From: Balanoglossus misakiensis
Taxonomy: Eukaryota > Animalia > Hemichordata
Reading direction: 5' to 3'
DNA length: 64,000 nt
Assembly: GCA_040954595.2 (NCBI GenBank)
Contig: CM082577.2
Coordinates: forward strand, 19,938,303-20,002,302
The notes under the pieces are model-generated. The model searched no databases. It saw only the letters and a program-made list of their open reading frames with translations, and was not told the DNA's origin. Of the stretch, positions 1 through 12,100 are shown in pieces. Made by a program: the position numbers and the translations under genes. Every line of letters begins with the position of its first letter. Positions within the stretch are counted from its first letter, which is position 1.

Positions 1-192
1 TTGCAATGCTGTTGGAGTACATCTCGGATGAAAAAATACAGATATGATGGCGGATATCGCCTGTATAAAGATGGTAACATCGTGTGCGTACAGCTCCATG
101 CCATGCCAGCCGTCAATCATATCTACGTAATGAGCGACTATGTGAGAGAAACAAGTGTTCATGAGAAACAATACAAAACTTGGCTACTTCTG

Positions 193-1498
193 TATGGGGT
201 GCCATGTGTTAACTTATTATTTAGCTTTATCATACATGCAACGCCTGTATTTGGCACTTTCTATTGTTCTCGCCCCGAAGATATTTTACGGTATTACACT
301 GAGCGCGATATTTTACGGTATTACACTCCGCGTCTCGAACAATTTTTGAGAACGCGCGGCACGACAGTTCGCTGCGCGGCACGACAGTTCGCTGCGCGTG
401 CGAGCGACATACAGGGCATAGGACGCTAGTGGAGAGGGGTGTTGTAAAATTCGGTTATTAGAAGCTGAAATAACGTTTTCAAAGCTGGCGGTTTTGCCAT
501 GTTGAATGTATCATTTTTACTTCTTTGAAATTCTCAATGCGAAATAATTGTTAACATGATATTTTGAAAGAGAACATAGACAAGTTTATTTAGAATGCGG
601 ATGTGCCCATCGTAATGAAAGCTGCCAACCCCCTTAAAATTATACTACGGCCCACACGTCATACGTCACAACATGGCTACTGCCGTGATCTCAGCGCCTG
701 GTTCAAATTTGAAATTGTTTTTCTCGGCGCATTTTCGCAAATCGTACTGTTTTATAGGTAGGCATGTATGATAAAGGGGTTATTACACTAATTTTGGTCG
801 ATAACGCGACGCATTCGAGTGATGTCCGTATTTTGACTCGTTGCGCTTGCGAAGCGCAACTCGTCAAAATACGGACATCACTCAAATACGACGCGTTATC
901 GACCAAAATTAGTGTAATAACCCCTAAAAATTATTTGTTCAAAAGTCGTTATTTAACACACTTATATGTATGTAATTATAGATTTGCAAACCATTTAAGT
1001 CCTGACAATTTATTTATAAATAATTTCAAGTCAAAGCTTATTTAACACAATTATATGTATATAATCATTTATATATAAATAATTATGTAAATCACTCATG
1101 ATATATATATAATACACTTATATTTTTATTATTTATAAATAATTAATTATATATAAATAATTATGTAAATCACTCATGATATATATATAATACACTTACA
1201 TTTTTATTATTTATAAATAATTAATTATATATAAATAATTATGTAAATCACTCATGATATATATATAATAGACTGACACTGACATTGTTTATAAATAATT
1301 TATTATATATAAATAAAGGAGCATAAAATACATTTTATGTATATAATTGAATCAACTTGAAATTATTTATAAATAAATTATCAGGACTTAAATGGTTTGC
1401 AAATCTATAATTACATACATATAAGTATGTTAAATAACGACTTTTGAACAAATAATATAGCTAAATAATAAGTTAACAATAACACATGGCACCCCATA
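193..1498. mobile_element. AT-rich foldback MITE with 6-bp TSD
   Basis: Termini TATGGGGTGCCATGTGTT...AACACATGGCACCCCATA are flanked by a CTTCTG duplication. Long inverted arms at about 930-1030 and 1355-1460, with about 80-bp AT-rich internal tandem units. A related right-arm fragment lies at about 55725-55988. Confidence 0.8.
227..925 (+). mobile_element. Non-autonomous element with asymmetric inverted repeats plus a terminal 150-bp palindrome (Crypton-/Helentron-like architecture)
   Basis: TTATCATACATGC (227) pairs with GCATGTATGATAA (762-774), followed by a palindrome at 775-925. No TSD relative to the host MITE arm. An inverted second copy is at 43122-43770. Confidence 0.8.
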
Positions 1499-1849
1499 CT
1501 TCTGTCCAAGGAAGGTGATATTGTGTCCGGTGGTTGCACTTGTCGGAGAACAAATAACTGTTATTTGAACAATTATAGTGTATATAAAACTTTGCATCGC
1601 TATGCGGATCCTGATGAGGATCACTTTTGGCCAATCAGGCCCTTCCATTACTTTGCCCAATCACTTTTCAGCTCGCCCTCTCAAATGTAGCAATTACATG
1701 TAGTGCTTGTTATTACGTTCGCCTTGTGTTGATTTGCAACTTTTGGAAATTGACAGTTGGGTTCTAGCGGTTGAGTAGTTAACACTGCCTATTACTGCAA
1801 TAAACGTGCCTTTTGCACTATACTTGTTTTCGTGCGTGTCAGACATCAT

Positions 1850-2428
1850 TTAAAGCCTCAGTATTTCTCGTAAATGGCATCTATAATTTCCAAAAGTAGA
1901 TGATAATTGATACTGAATCGAACAGTCATCATCCCCAGCTCTGCTCATAAACTCATACAATTTACAATATAACGAGTGAAGAATGACTTTCTGTCCGGAC
2001 AGAAAGTCACGTGAGTCAGGCTCCTGTTGACGCACGTGACTAGTGCGCATGCGCACTCAAATGTGAATCTATGCGGAAGAGGTTTGGTCTCCCCAAATCA
2101 AGCGACTCAGCGAAGAAATGCGCACTAATTCGGCGAAATTTTGGGAAGATAACTTTATGGGAGGAATCAGTCGATGGAACCAGATCAAATCCGAAAATGG
2201 TCTGACCATCAAATGTCAAAGTGGCACGTTTGCTGATCGACATGTACAACATTTCCGTTGTAAACAAACCCGCGCATCATTCAAGTGTTACGGGCAATAT
2301 TTACAGCTTGCACGTAGCTACAGTTGCCCAAACCTTCATTATGTAGTATTCCATGATGAATGTACGGGAAAAACAGGCATTTTTCGATGATGAAAAATGG
2401 ATACACACGAGAAATACTGGGGCTTTAA
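1850..2428. mobile_element. TTAA-flanked MITE (Kolobok-like)
   Basis: TTAA AGCCTCAGTATTTCTCG ... CGAGAAATACTGGGGCT TTAA. Confidence 0.75.
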
Positions 2429-2864
2429 GGAACCTTGTTCATCTAAAATACCACAACAGCACTTGTCTAGCATGAGTTTCTGTTTTATAATTCAGATATG
2501 TCAAGAAAAGCAGAAATGTGAAAGCAATAAACTACCGCTAGTTATAAAATTTGAATAGTTCACAGTCTTGACCCAATAGTAAAGTTCAATTTTTGACATG
2601 GATGGTACTTTACTGCAGTGTACAATGAGCAGTGATTGAATGAAATGACATGCATCACTCCTCCTTATTTTGTTTATACAATGTAGTTTAATACCCTGAG
2701 TTTCTAGGTACAAAAATAGAACTGTTTACATTGTTGCAACATTAATTGCACTTATATTGTTTCTTTTCAGATAAGATGTAGATAACTACAAAAAGGTCAA
2801 TGACTTTGACCCATTCGTGAAAATAAACACAGCATGAGCATAAAGGGTGTGATGGACTCCTTAC

Positions 2865-3197
2865 CTGAGTTACAGGTATACCACATCGTTTGGCTATGGC
2901 CTGTCGAAGATCAGATACACATGCATTCACTTCCAGAGAAACACCAACTTGTACCATTGTTGGTGTTGGACTACCATATACGACTATTATTTTCAACAAT
3001 CGCAGATTCCTCTGAGGCAAGGGTAAAGACACACATAAGTATGGTTCAAAAGTATTGCGTTGCCGCAAGCAATTTGGACACTTTAATGAAGATCTGTACT
3101 GGGCTTGGAATAGGTCATATACAAAGCTGTTGTTGTAGCGCATGTAGTTTGCTTGAGCCTCATCTGCCAGGACTTCAAGTGATTTGCTTGATGTGCT
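2865..3197 (-). CDS. USP31: USP31/43-like exon 3
   Basis: Acceptor ttctgacag, 333 nt, phase 0-0, STSSKSLEVLADEAQANYMRYNNSFVYDLFQAQYRSSLKC...IPVTQ, donor GTAAGG. Confidence 0.9.
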
Positions 3198-6100
3198 CTG
3201 TCAGAAAAATAGAAACAAAATATGATTTCGATCAAATTTCTTTTACACAACTTGATATCCATGTTGTTGTTTTTTAAAGTACATTACTTAGAAAAATGTT
3301 TGACTTATATTTCATAATCAAAGCTGTAATTATCAAACAAGTAAATTTAATGCACTCAGTCTTCTTGACTTTGGCATAAAACATTACAAAAGCCTCATTT
3401 AATACTGTGAAGTCTTTCTACCAAGTGTCAAAAAGTTCCATTCTCATTAGAAGGCCCTTCAAAGTTTAGTCACTTAGCATTATAAATGGTATGAATGAAA
3501 TGTGTGTTGTGCACAGGGTTAAATGACAACACATCAAGATTGTTTCCATATAATGTTTGACAACATCCTTGACAATAAAATATTGAGATTTTTCTTCAGT
3601 GCTCATCATTTGACCAACCCTGATTTGTTTTTATTAGCTACAAACACTAATTGTAAACGTGTATAAAATCTTGCTTGGTCAAAGGAAGTGGGGTAATTCT
3701 ATTCAATTCTGCCATCACATTGATGATATCGCTAGTAGAAATGTACTTTGGCAAAGCATTCCATTTCTGTTTTTTATTTCTATGTACACGAATGATACAC
3801 AGCCACATATTTTAGTAACATGGTGTAGATATCAAAATGATGTTTAGAAGACACCTTCTTTTTCACTTAATATTGGATTTTTTTTGATCAAGAGAAAACT
3901 TGACTCAAAGAGCAACCACCGTACATGTATGCCGCTAATACACACTTGGTTAGCACTGTACACTAATTCTCTTTATGAAACTTTAGATTATAGTATGTAC
4001 AACAAATTATTGTATATGTACTACTGTATTCTAAGCAGTCCGAGCATTAATAATTCTTATATTTTTGTAAGCTCATATGCAAATGAGCATCCAGAATAAA
4101 AAGATCCCCCATTTCCCCCCTCAGTCGATCCTATCTTTCAAAGTTTATCCCCCGTGCTGTTACATAATCACTTGGAGTTCATATAAACCTCTGGAGGATT
4201 AACAAAATTTTTATTTTAGTCACAAACAAGTGACCTGTCGGTCAAAATAGCTCTGCTGACTTTAACAGTGTAACCTGGGCAATGATATGAATACCCTAGA
4301 TTTTAATTCATAACAATTGTATTCTATTGAACAAAACCAAACATAGACATCACAAGTATTTATCCAAATTCAGCTTGATTCATTGTGCTAAAGAAAGAAA
4401 GAATTGAATCCTAAAGAACAACATCAAAAGGAAGCACCCAGGTTCTAATTTGCATATTCATGACCCCATCAAAAATCCAATAACAAAATCAGGTAGGGGC
4501 ACCATAACACACATTCCTACCAAATTTCAGCTCCATTGTACATGTAGTTATGGAGAAGAAGATTTTTGACCAAAAATTCTATTTTTAGATCTAATTTGCA
4601 AATTCATGACCCGATCAAATCCAAATTAACATTAAAGCTGCAAGCAGCATTGAAGGGGCCCAAGCATAGAGTTAATAACCATTAGACTATATTCAGGGTT
4701 GTACCATTCAAATGCGTAGGCTGTATTTGCTCTCGATGTTGAGATATGGGGAAGTAGGCAACCACCCGAAATGCATGTCCTACAAGTACAAACACAACAA
4801 CCAAAAGTGCAACAAATCCTACATTTGCAGCCCTTTCACTTTGCCTACCATTAGGTATGCACGTAATACATGAATCAAGCAGGTGTCACAGGTATCCCCC
4901 TGTATTTGACATTTCATGATAGTTTCATCCCTCCAAATACCAAAGCTGCACCTGTACAACGTGCTGAGATATGGCACTGTTCGACAGAGGTAATTCAAAT
5001 CACCTTATACGTTTGGGCAAAAACCAACTGACACTTACATTCGTCCCAGTGGAACAAAAACCACACATATCGCCCTGTTGGTTAGTGTAAAATTAAATGT
5101 ACAAAATCAATAATGACTTAGGCAGGTGCAACAGGTGACCCCGCCTTTGGTATATCATTATGGTCCCATCCGTATATCCCCCCCCCCCCCCACGCCAAAG
5201 CTGCATGCATCTGCTGTTATTCACAAAGCAAAAGTAGGTGAAATGTCACATAAGGTCGCCCACAACTTGACAGGAAAATCGGACTTCATATTGATCCATG
5301 TGCAACAGATACCACGCTAGCATCCCTTTCATTGACCCCACAATTACACATGCACATAATTGAGTTACGCAGGTGTCTCAGGTGACCCCCGAATCGGGCG
5401 TATTATTTTGGTCCCATACATCTGCATGAAGCTGCGCGCCATTACGGGCCACCTGATAACCCCCACGGCCACCTGCGGGCCGAACCCCATATTGAACGTC
5501 CAGTTGCAACGTCACGACTAAAGAAGGAACTTTTGAACGGCAACGAAGCCTGATCTCTGATTATTGCTGGTACCATACTCCCTTCGTGCAAGAAAATCAC
5601 TGGTCTACTGACGTATGTCGGCCGATTTCCCGAAGTAATACCCACTAGATGTGACTACCATGCTAATGAAACCTGACTCGCACATTAGCGACTGAGGGTC
5701 AAAGTCCGCTGCCGCGCATGTTAACCAGTGTAGCCGGGTCTGGATAGAAACATTTGAACGGCAACAGCTAACAAACTCAGCATAATTCAAAAAAACGCCC
5801 TAACTCAGCCTGAACTCCGAAATAAAAAAATCTTCTTCTCAGAATCGACGTGGCGTAGAACCTTGAAATTTGGCACAGGGGATTTTGGCCACATGGTCTA
5901 CAAAAATTGCGAAAAGAATGTACATGCCGCCATTAACGGGCAAATTAGGTCAATTTGAAAATTTCGCTTGATTATAGCCACCAAGTCACGTGACTACCGT
6001 ACTTGCCCGGGTAAGAGCCCCGGGTGCTGGGCCAACAGATTAGCGAAAAAACAGGGGGGGCTTTAGCCCGGACGCAACCTCGACATTTATGCAAATGAGG

Positions 6101-9100
6101 GCCTATGGACACGAGGAAGGGGTGAATAATGATGCAAATATTAAACATGGCCAAACATTTCACGGTCAAACAATGTATTTATTAAATAATAAAAAGTTTT
6201 TTACCCATAAATGAAATACAGAAAACATATTACAGTCGCCGCCGTTTAATCGGGACACCATGGGCGCAGACAAAACATCCCGTTTAACCGGGACATTGGT
6301 AAATGGTCGATCCCACCCATGCATTTAATACTTAGACGTCGACGGAAGGACGCACGTAAATACATCTATCTTAATCGTGGCAATCATGCCTTTCTCTACC
6401 GGAATTTTTGAGTGGTTCATTCTCCGAGTCCAAGTTGGGATCTTCTAATTTTGGGTGTTTCGCGTCGAGGACGGACTGAAGCAGCTACACGCGGCCGCTT
6501 TGGAAAGCTCCCCGGTGACCTCATACGCGGCAGCGCGTCCATCTACGTGATCGTTGAATTCGAGACACGGTCCCGAGGGACCTGTCTGAGGTCATGTTTT
6601 CTAGAGCGGCTATATATAACTCAGCGTGGCCAGTCGGCCGCCGTGGGTACGATAATCAGCGCGAAAGTAAATCATCATACGGTTTTTTTCACATTTAGTG
6701 ACTTTGGGGATGAAAATCCGCCTTTTTTGCATTGCACTTTATTAAATTTCCAAGAATTTAATGGATATTCGGCCGGGGGGGGGGGGGGGGGGGGTCTTTA
6801 GACCGGATATAACCTCGATCTTAAAATGGGCCCTAAAACCAGGGGGGGGGGCGTTTGTCCGAGCAGGGGCTCTTACCCGGGCAAGTACGGTAATTACAAA
6901 TTCAAAGGGCAGGTGCACCAGTACTCATGGGCCCCAACCACCGTGCCAAATTTGTTAGGCGCAGCTGCCGGAATTTCAGAGAAAAACGGGTGCAAAAAAA
7001 CGACTCAAGAAGAAAGAAGAAAAACTCCAGCAATAACAGAAGGGGCACAAGCGCCCTCAGGCGCTTGTGCCCCTAAAAATCAGGTAGGGACACCATAACA
7101 CACATTCCTACCAAATTTCAGCTCCATCGTACATGTAGTTAGGGAGAAGATTTCTTACCAAAAATTCTATTTTTAGATCTAATTTGCGTATTTATGACCC
7201 CATCATATCCAAATTTACAAAATCAGGTAAGGGCACCATAACACACATTCCTACCAAATTTCAGCTCCATCGTACATGTTAGGGAGAAGAAGATTTTTTA
7301 CCAAAAATTCTATTTTTAGATCTAATTTGCGTATTTATGACCCCATCATATCCAAATTAACAAAATCAGGTAGGGGCACCATAACACACATTCCTACAAA
7401 ATTTCAGCTCCATCGTACATGTAGTTAGGGAGAAGAAGATTTTTTACCAAAAATTCTATTTTTAGATCTAATTTGCGTATTTGTGACCCCATCATATCCA
7501 AATTAACAAAATCAGGTAGGGGCACCATAACACACATTCCTACCAAATTTCAGCTCCATCGTACATGTAGTTAGGGAGAAGAAGATTTTTTACCAAAAAT
7601 TCTATTTTTAGATCTAATTTGCGTATTTGTGACCCAATCATATCCAAATTAACAAAATCAAGTAGGGGCACCATAACACACATTCCTACCAAATTTCAGC
7701 TCCATTGTACATGTAGTTGTGGAGAAGAAGATTTCTACCTAAAATTCTATTTTTAGATCTAATTTGCATATTCATGACCCCATCAAATCCAAATTAACAA
7801 AATCAGGTAAGGCCCAAAAAAAAAAGAGTTTTGTTTTATAGCGTCCAAGCAAAATCTCAAAATTGATGCGGTGACGCGGTTTCTTTTTTTTTTTTTTCTT
7901 CTTTTTTTTTTTCTGCGAAACAAGAACAGCAAATATTTCTTTAATAGTCCAAAATTAAGGGGGGGGATTTGGTCAAAGTAGGGGGGAATCATGATTTGCA
8001 TAATTTATGTTAATTAGGTAAACATCAAGGAATGACAATTTTGAAGGTTAACTTACTAACTGCCTTCATTCCATATTAAAAAAAGCATAAGTAAATTACA
8101 ACACTTTACATGTGAACTTGACAACATATTAACAGTTACAGTTTTTTCTACTTTAAATTAGTAGATTTGCAGAGGAAGACACCAGCTTGCATAACTTTCA
8201 GGGCATGTAATTTAAAAAATGCTGGAGAGCTGAAAATAACTCTCCTGAAATTAATTACACAAGTGGTAGGAGAGTGACTGATTAACTGCTCCCCTGGCAA
8301 GTAGAGTGAAATGAATAAAAAAAATGCAACTGCAAAAACAATAGTGTCTTTCTTTAATACTATACCTGAGAAAAAAATTCTTGTTTGATTTTAAAAGTTT
8401 CAGTTTTATAGCTGCCAAAATATTAGATTGTGAAACCATTAATAGTTAAATAAATTGAAGTGGTATATATTTCTTCAGATTTCTGCCTACACTTCCCCAT
8501 CTGTGGCTAGGCACACTACTCAAATAAACAGTCTCTGTACATATTAAATGACTTTCCTTCCTAAGTAAGAAAACAAGGTCAAGGAAAACTGATACATTCT
8601 TGATAATCGCCATGGCAGGAACACAGTTTCTTTAATTTGCATAAAATTGTTACGTTTTGCCAACCCAATTTCAAAAGTCGCCATAACAACAAGTTCACTT
8701 GAGTGCAGAGTGTGTGCTCTAAATTTAGACGGTATCCAGATAGGCTGTTCCAACAATTGCACACTACAGCCCTGGAGCTAAATTACACGTGAATGAATGT
8801 GAAAGTCATCTACAACATAGTTTTGGGGGGTGGGAAGTTAAAATGTATAGGCCAGCACGCAGTAATATCGGCCGTTTTCCCAGTGTTTTGACTGACGGTG
8901 CCTGCTATTGAGGCTTGGACGCGCATGTACTGGCCGGGTGGGCTGCTCACGAAGGGGCGATTGTCGCCCCCTGAACTTGTTACAAGGGGCGCTTCAAGTG
9001 TAAAAGAGGGGGAATCGCGCGATCGCGTGTCCTGGAGAAAACACTGAGTTGATTTCCGGGTTCGAAAATTACGAAAAAAAAGCCTCGACGCGCATGTTTA

Positions 9101-12100
9101 AAAGTGACGCGCGCGAGGACGCTAAACAAAACTCTTTTTTTTTTGGCCTAAGGGCACCATAACACACATTCCAACCAAATTTCAGCTAAATATGCCAAGT
9201 TGTTTTAAAGAAGAAGATTGAAATACCAAAAGTTGACGGACGACAGACGACGGACGGACACTTTTCAACCTACTGCTACAGCTCGGCTGACACAAGTGAC
9301 AGCAGAGCTAAAAAGTGGATCGTTGTTTTAGTTGTGCGCGACAAAGTGGTATTTTTTACAACCCATATGCAAATTAGTAAAAACAAACTGGACAATGTTC
9401 TGTTTGTAAACACTGAACGCCATCGTCAGAGCTGGAGTATGATCGCCAAAACGTTATTTTATTATCCTTCCCAACTTCATGTATTGTCAGAATAACAGAA
9501 CATTTAGTTGTCAGTATGTTTTGGAAGCTCGACAATTATGAAAATTTCTCGTTTTGCCAGTGTTTTCAAAATTTACCGATGCTATCTCACAACCTTAGCT
9601 AAACCACCGAGGAAATGACCCGACTTGACCCTTCTTTGCATAACAAAGGTTGCGTCATTTTGTCCAATGAGCGGCCATCTCTGGGTGGCATAGCCTCAGC
9701 CGCATCACTGTGTTGAAAATCAAATCGCCGCGATAGAAACATCGATTTTTGTCAAAGCTGAGGAAACAATTAACATATGCAATAATAACAGAACTCTGCG
9801 TGCGATCTGTGCAGTACAGAAGTTATACACACTTTCATTCGCCGTGCTCACGAAAATACAGCGGCAGAATACAACGCATCACTCAAGAAAAAAACTTCTG
9901 TACTGCATGCACAGATCGCGTGCAGAGGAAATGAAGTTTTGTCATATTGTTGAGGCATTATACATACATGTATGTGCTCTACAAACGTGTATACATGTTC
10001 TTGTGTATCTAAATACATTCACATACATGTAGCCTGTGTACATGTAGCAATTTATATGTTGGTTGATTAGTTGGTTGGTTTCTACTTGTTATAACTACAC
10101 TGTACATGTATATATGTCACAAATATTACGTATGTAGATGTCTTATGAGGGCATATTAGAATATGTAAGGGGCAGTAACTGTAACTTTGGATATTATTTT
10201 CAGTATTTTTTTCTGGATATACACTGCAGTCTCAAGTTTTATGCCTTGTTCTCACTGTATGTTTCGACACCGGTGCTATGCCAGTGTTTACTCTCTGCAC
10301 ACACATGGGATTAGCCCACAGAATCTCTGTGCGTCCACACACTAAACTTCTGGACGTTTTTTTTCAATCATCATCGTCTAAATGGCCATGTTTAGCACAA
10401 TGGCAACTAACAAAATTGAGGACGTCGAGGACATTACAGCAACATGTTTCAGTTTCTATACCTACGGTACATATGCGTTCTAGACGACTTTGTCGTCGTC
10501 TTCATGACTGTTTCGATATTGTTTAGAAGTAAATGAATGTTAATCCATAAATGGAAAATGCCTCGGCTTTTCGGTGATCGAGAGAACCTTCTGAAAGTTG
10601 GTAGCAGACAGAAGTGTTGCAGACCTGGCAAACCGCGAATGGTTTGAAAACCACTCGCGTCCAGTGTGATTGACTTCACAATGGAAACTGACCAAAGACA
10701 ATGGGTTACCTCCTACACATACCCAGAAGTCACGGCAGGGATGGGTGGCGCTTTTGTTTATATATATCTATGTGTTCTCACTGTATATTTGCATTGGAGG
10801 CCAGGCCCTGAACCACCCCTCATCGCCCGTTGAAAATAAACACAGGCGCAGCAACGGCGAAAAACGTTCTCACATATTTTTTTTCATCAGAGTCGTATCT
10901 AGGCCAGTGCTACACCAGTACTTCACCGGTGAAAATGTTACAGGGAGAATGGGGTATTATTCCCTACATATAAAACATGTTGACACACCCAGTCTTCAGT
11001 TTTGTTATCACAGCTAATACAAAATAACCAGCAATGTTATTGTTGACAAAACGGCTAAGACTGAGGAGATTTTCTTTTTGTGCGAGAGACTTGTTTTTGG
11101 AGTTCAGCCTGTGTTCATTCCATGTAGCTATGTGTATTCCTATGGGTTCCCTGCAGGGCAATGTGGGCAGAAAGGTCGGAGTATTGATGGGTGCATAACT
11201 ACATGAATCGACAAGTTAAAATTATCTTTTCACCAAAGCCAGCTGACTGCAAACAGGTGTGCAAACAGTTAATAGCACACCTGTTACAGAAATTTAAAAG
11301 GAAAGCCTGTCACGCAGTGACACCAATCGGAAAATGGTAAGTTGGTCCTGGCGCTTTTTTTCCCCCATGATTCAAATTACAGTAAACGCCAAATTTGGAC
11401 ATTCTGCCAACTTTCCCTCGATTTTGTAAAAAAAATTGCGCAACTTATACATGGCGAATAGGTTTTTTTCTGAAAGAGTGACCTCAAAGCTACCAAATTA
11501 TGTAGAAATCAGCTGGACCTGATTTCCCCTTTAAGCATGTACGATGATTTAGGAAAGGAAAAACAATAGTTCATCACAGTTAGATCTGAAACAAACCAAA
11601 CACGAAAACCAGAAAATTACACTGATTATCTTATTGCCTTCAATACATGTATATTTTAATTAAATTCTTAGCCCATGTATAAGCCTACTGTTGGCAGTTT
11701 CCTCACCTTTTCCGACCAACTCCATGGAGCTCAAGGTATCTTTACTTCTGAATCTCGAAATATGTTATGCAAGGTAAACTCTGTCGATCAAGTCACCCCC
11801 CCCCCCAAAAAAGACAAACCATGGTCTGTCAAGTTCTACATGTACTTCCAAAATGAATCAAATTTTGTACGATAGAAGACTTGCATTTAGTCACAGAGGC
11901 ATGACTTGACAGCTATTGCCCCAAAAGCAAATCTTGCATATTTCTCACATTGAATAAAGGTGAACTCTTCAGCCATACGGTCTAAAGGCTAATTATATTA
12001 CCATGGCCTGTGCGTCGCATTTTAATTGGCCGAGATGAACGACATCACTGACCACAAATACTCAGTAATTGTTTGTTTACATGCCCGTAAATCTGAATAG

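Larger units (their letters stand above)
1..1548 (+). pseudogene. Relic of a transposon SWIM-zinc-finger ORF (Kolobok/ISL2EU-type accessory protein), split by a foldback MITE
   Basis: Frame 1 reads MKKYRYDGGYRLYKDGNIVCVQLH...YKTWLLL up to 192. After removing the 193-1498 insert and one CTTCTG copy it continues in frame as SKEGDIVSGGCTCR (SWIM CxC half-motif) and then degenerates. Family assignment is from motif recall only. Confidence 0.55.
4224..9314 (+). mobile_element. Helentron-associated (HINE-like) element with an internal 146-bp satellite, disrupted by nested insertions
   Basis: 5' AAACAAG...AGCTCTGCTG pairs with 3' CAGCAGAGCT inside the terminal hairpin AGCTCGGCTGACACAAGTGACAGCAGAGCT-AAAAA. 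A (GACG/GACA)n microsatellite precedes the 3' end. Confidence 0.65.

Noticed and set aside
6412-6801. 129-aa ORF duplicated at 25306-25641
   Set aside because: It lies in the body of a non-autonomous MITE, frames differ between copies, and there is no transposase motif.
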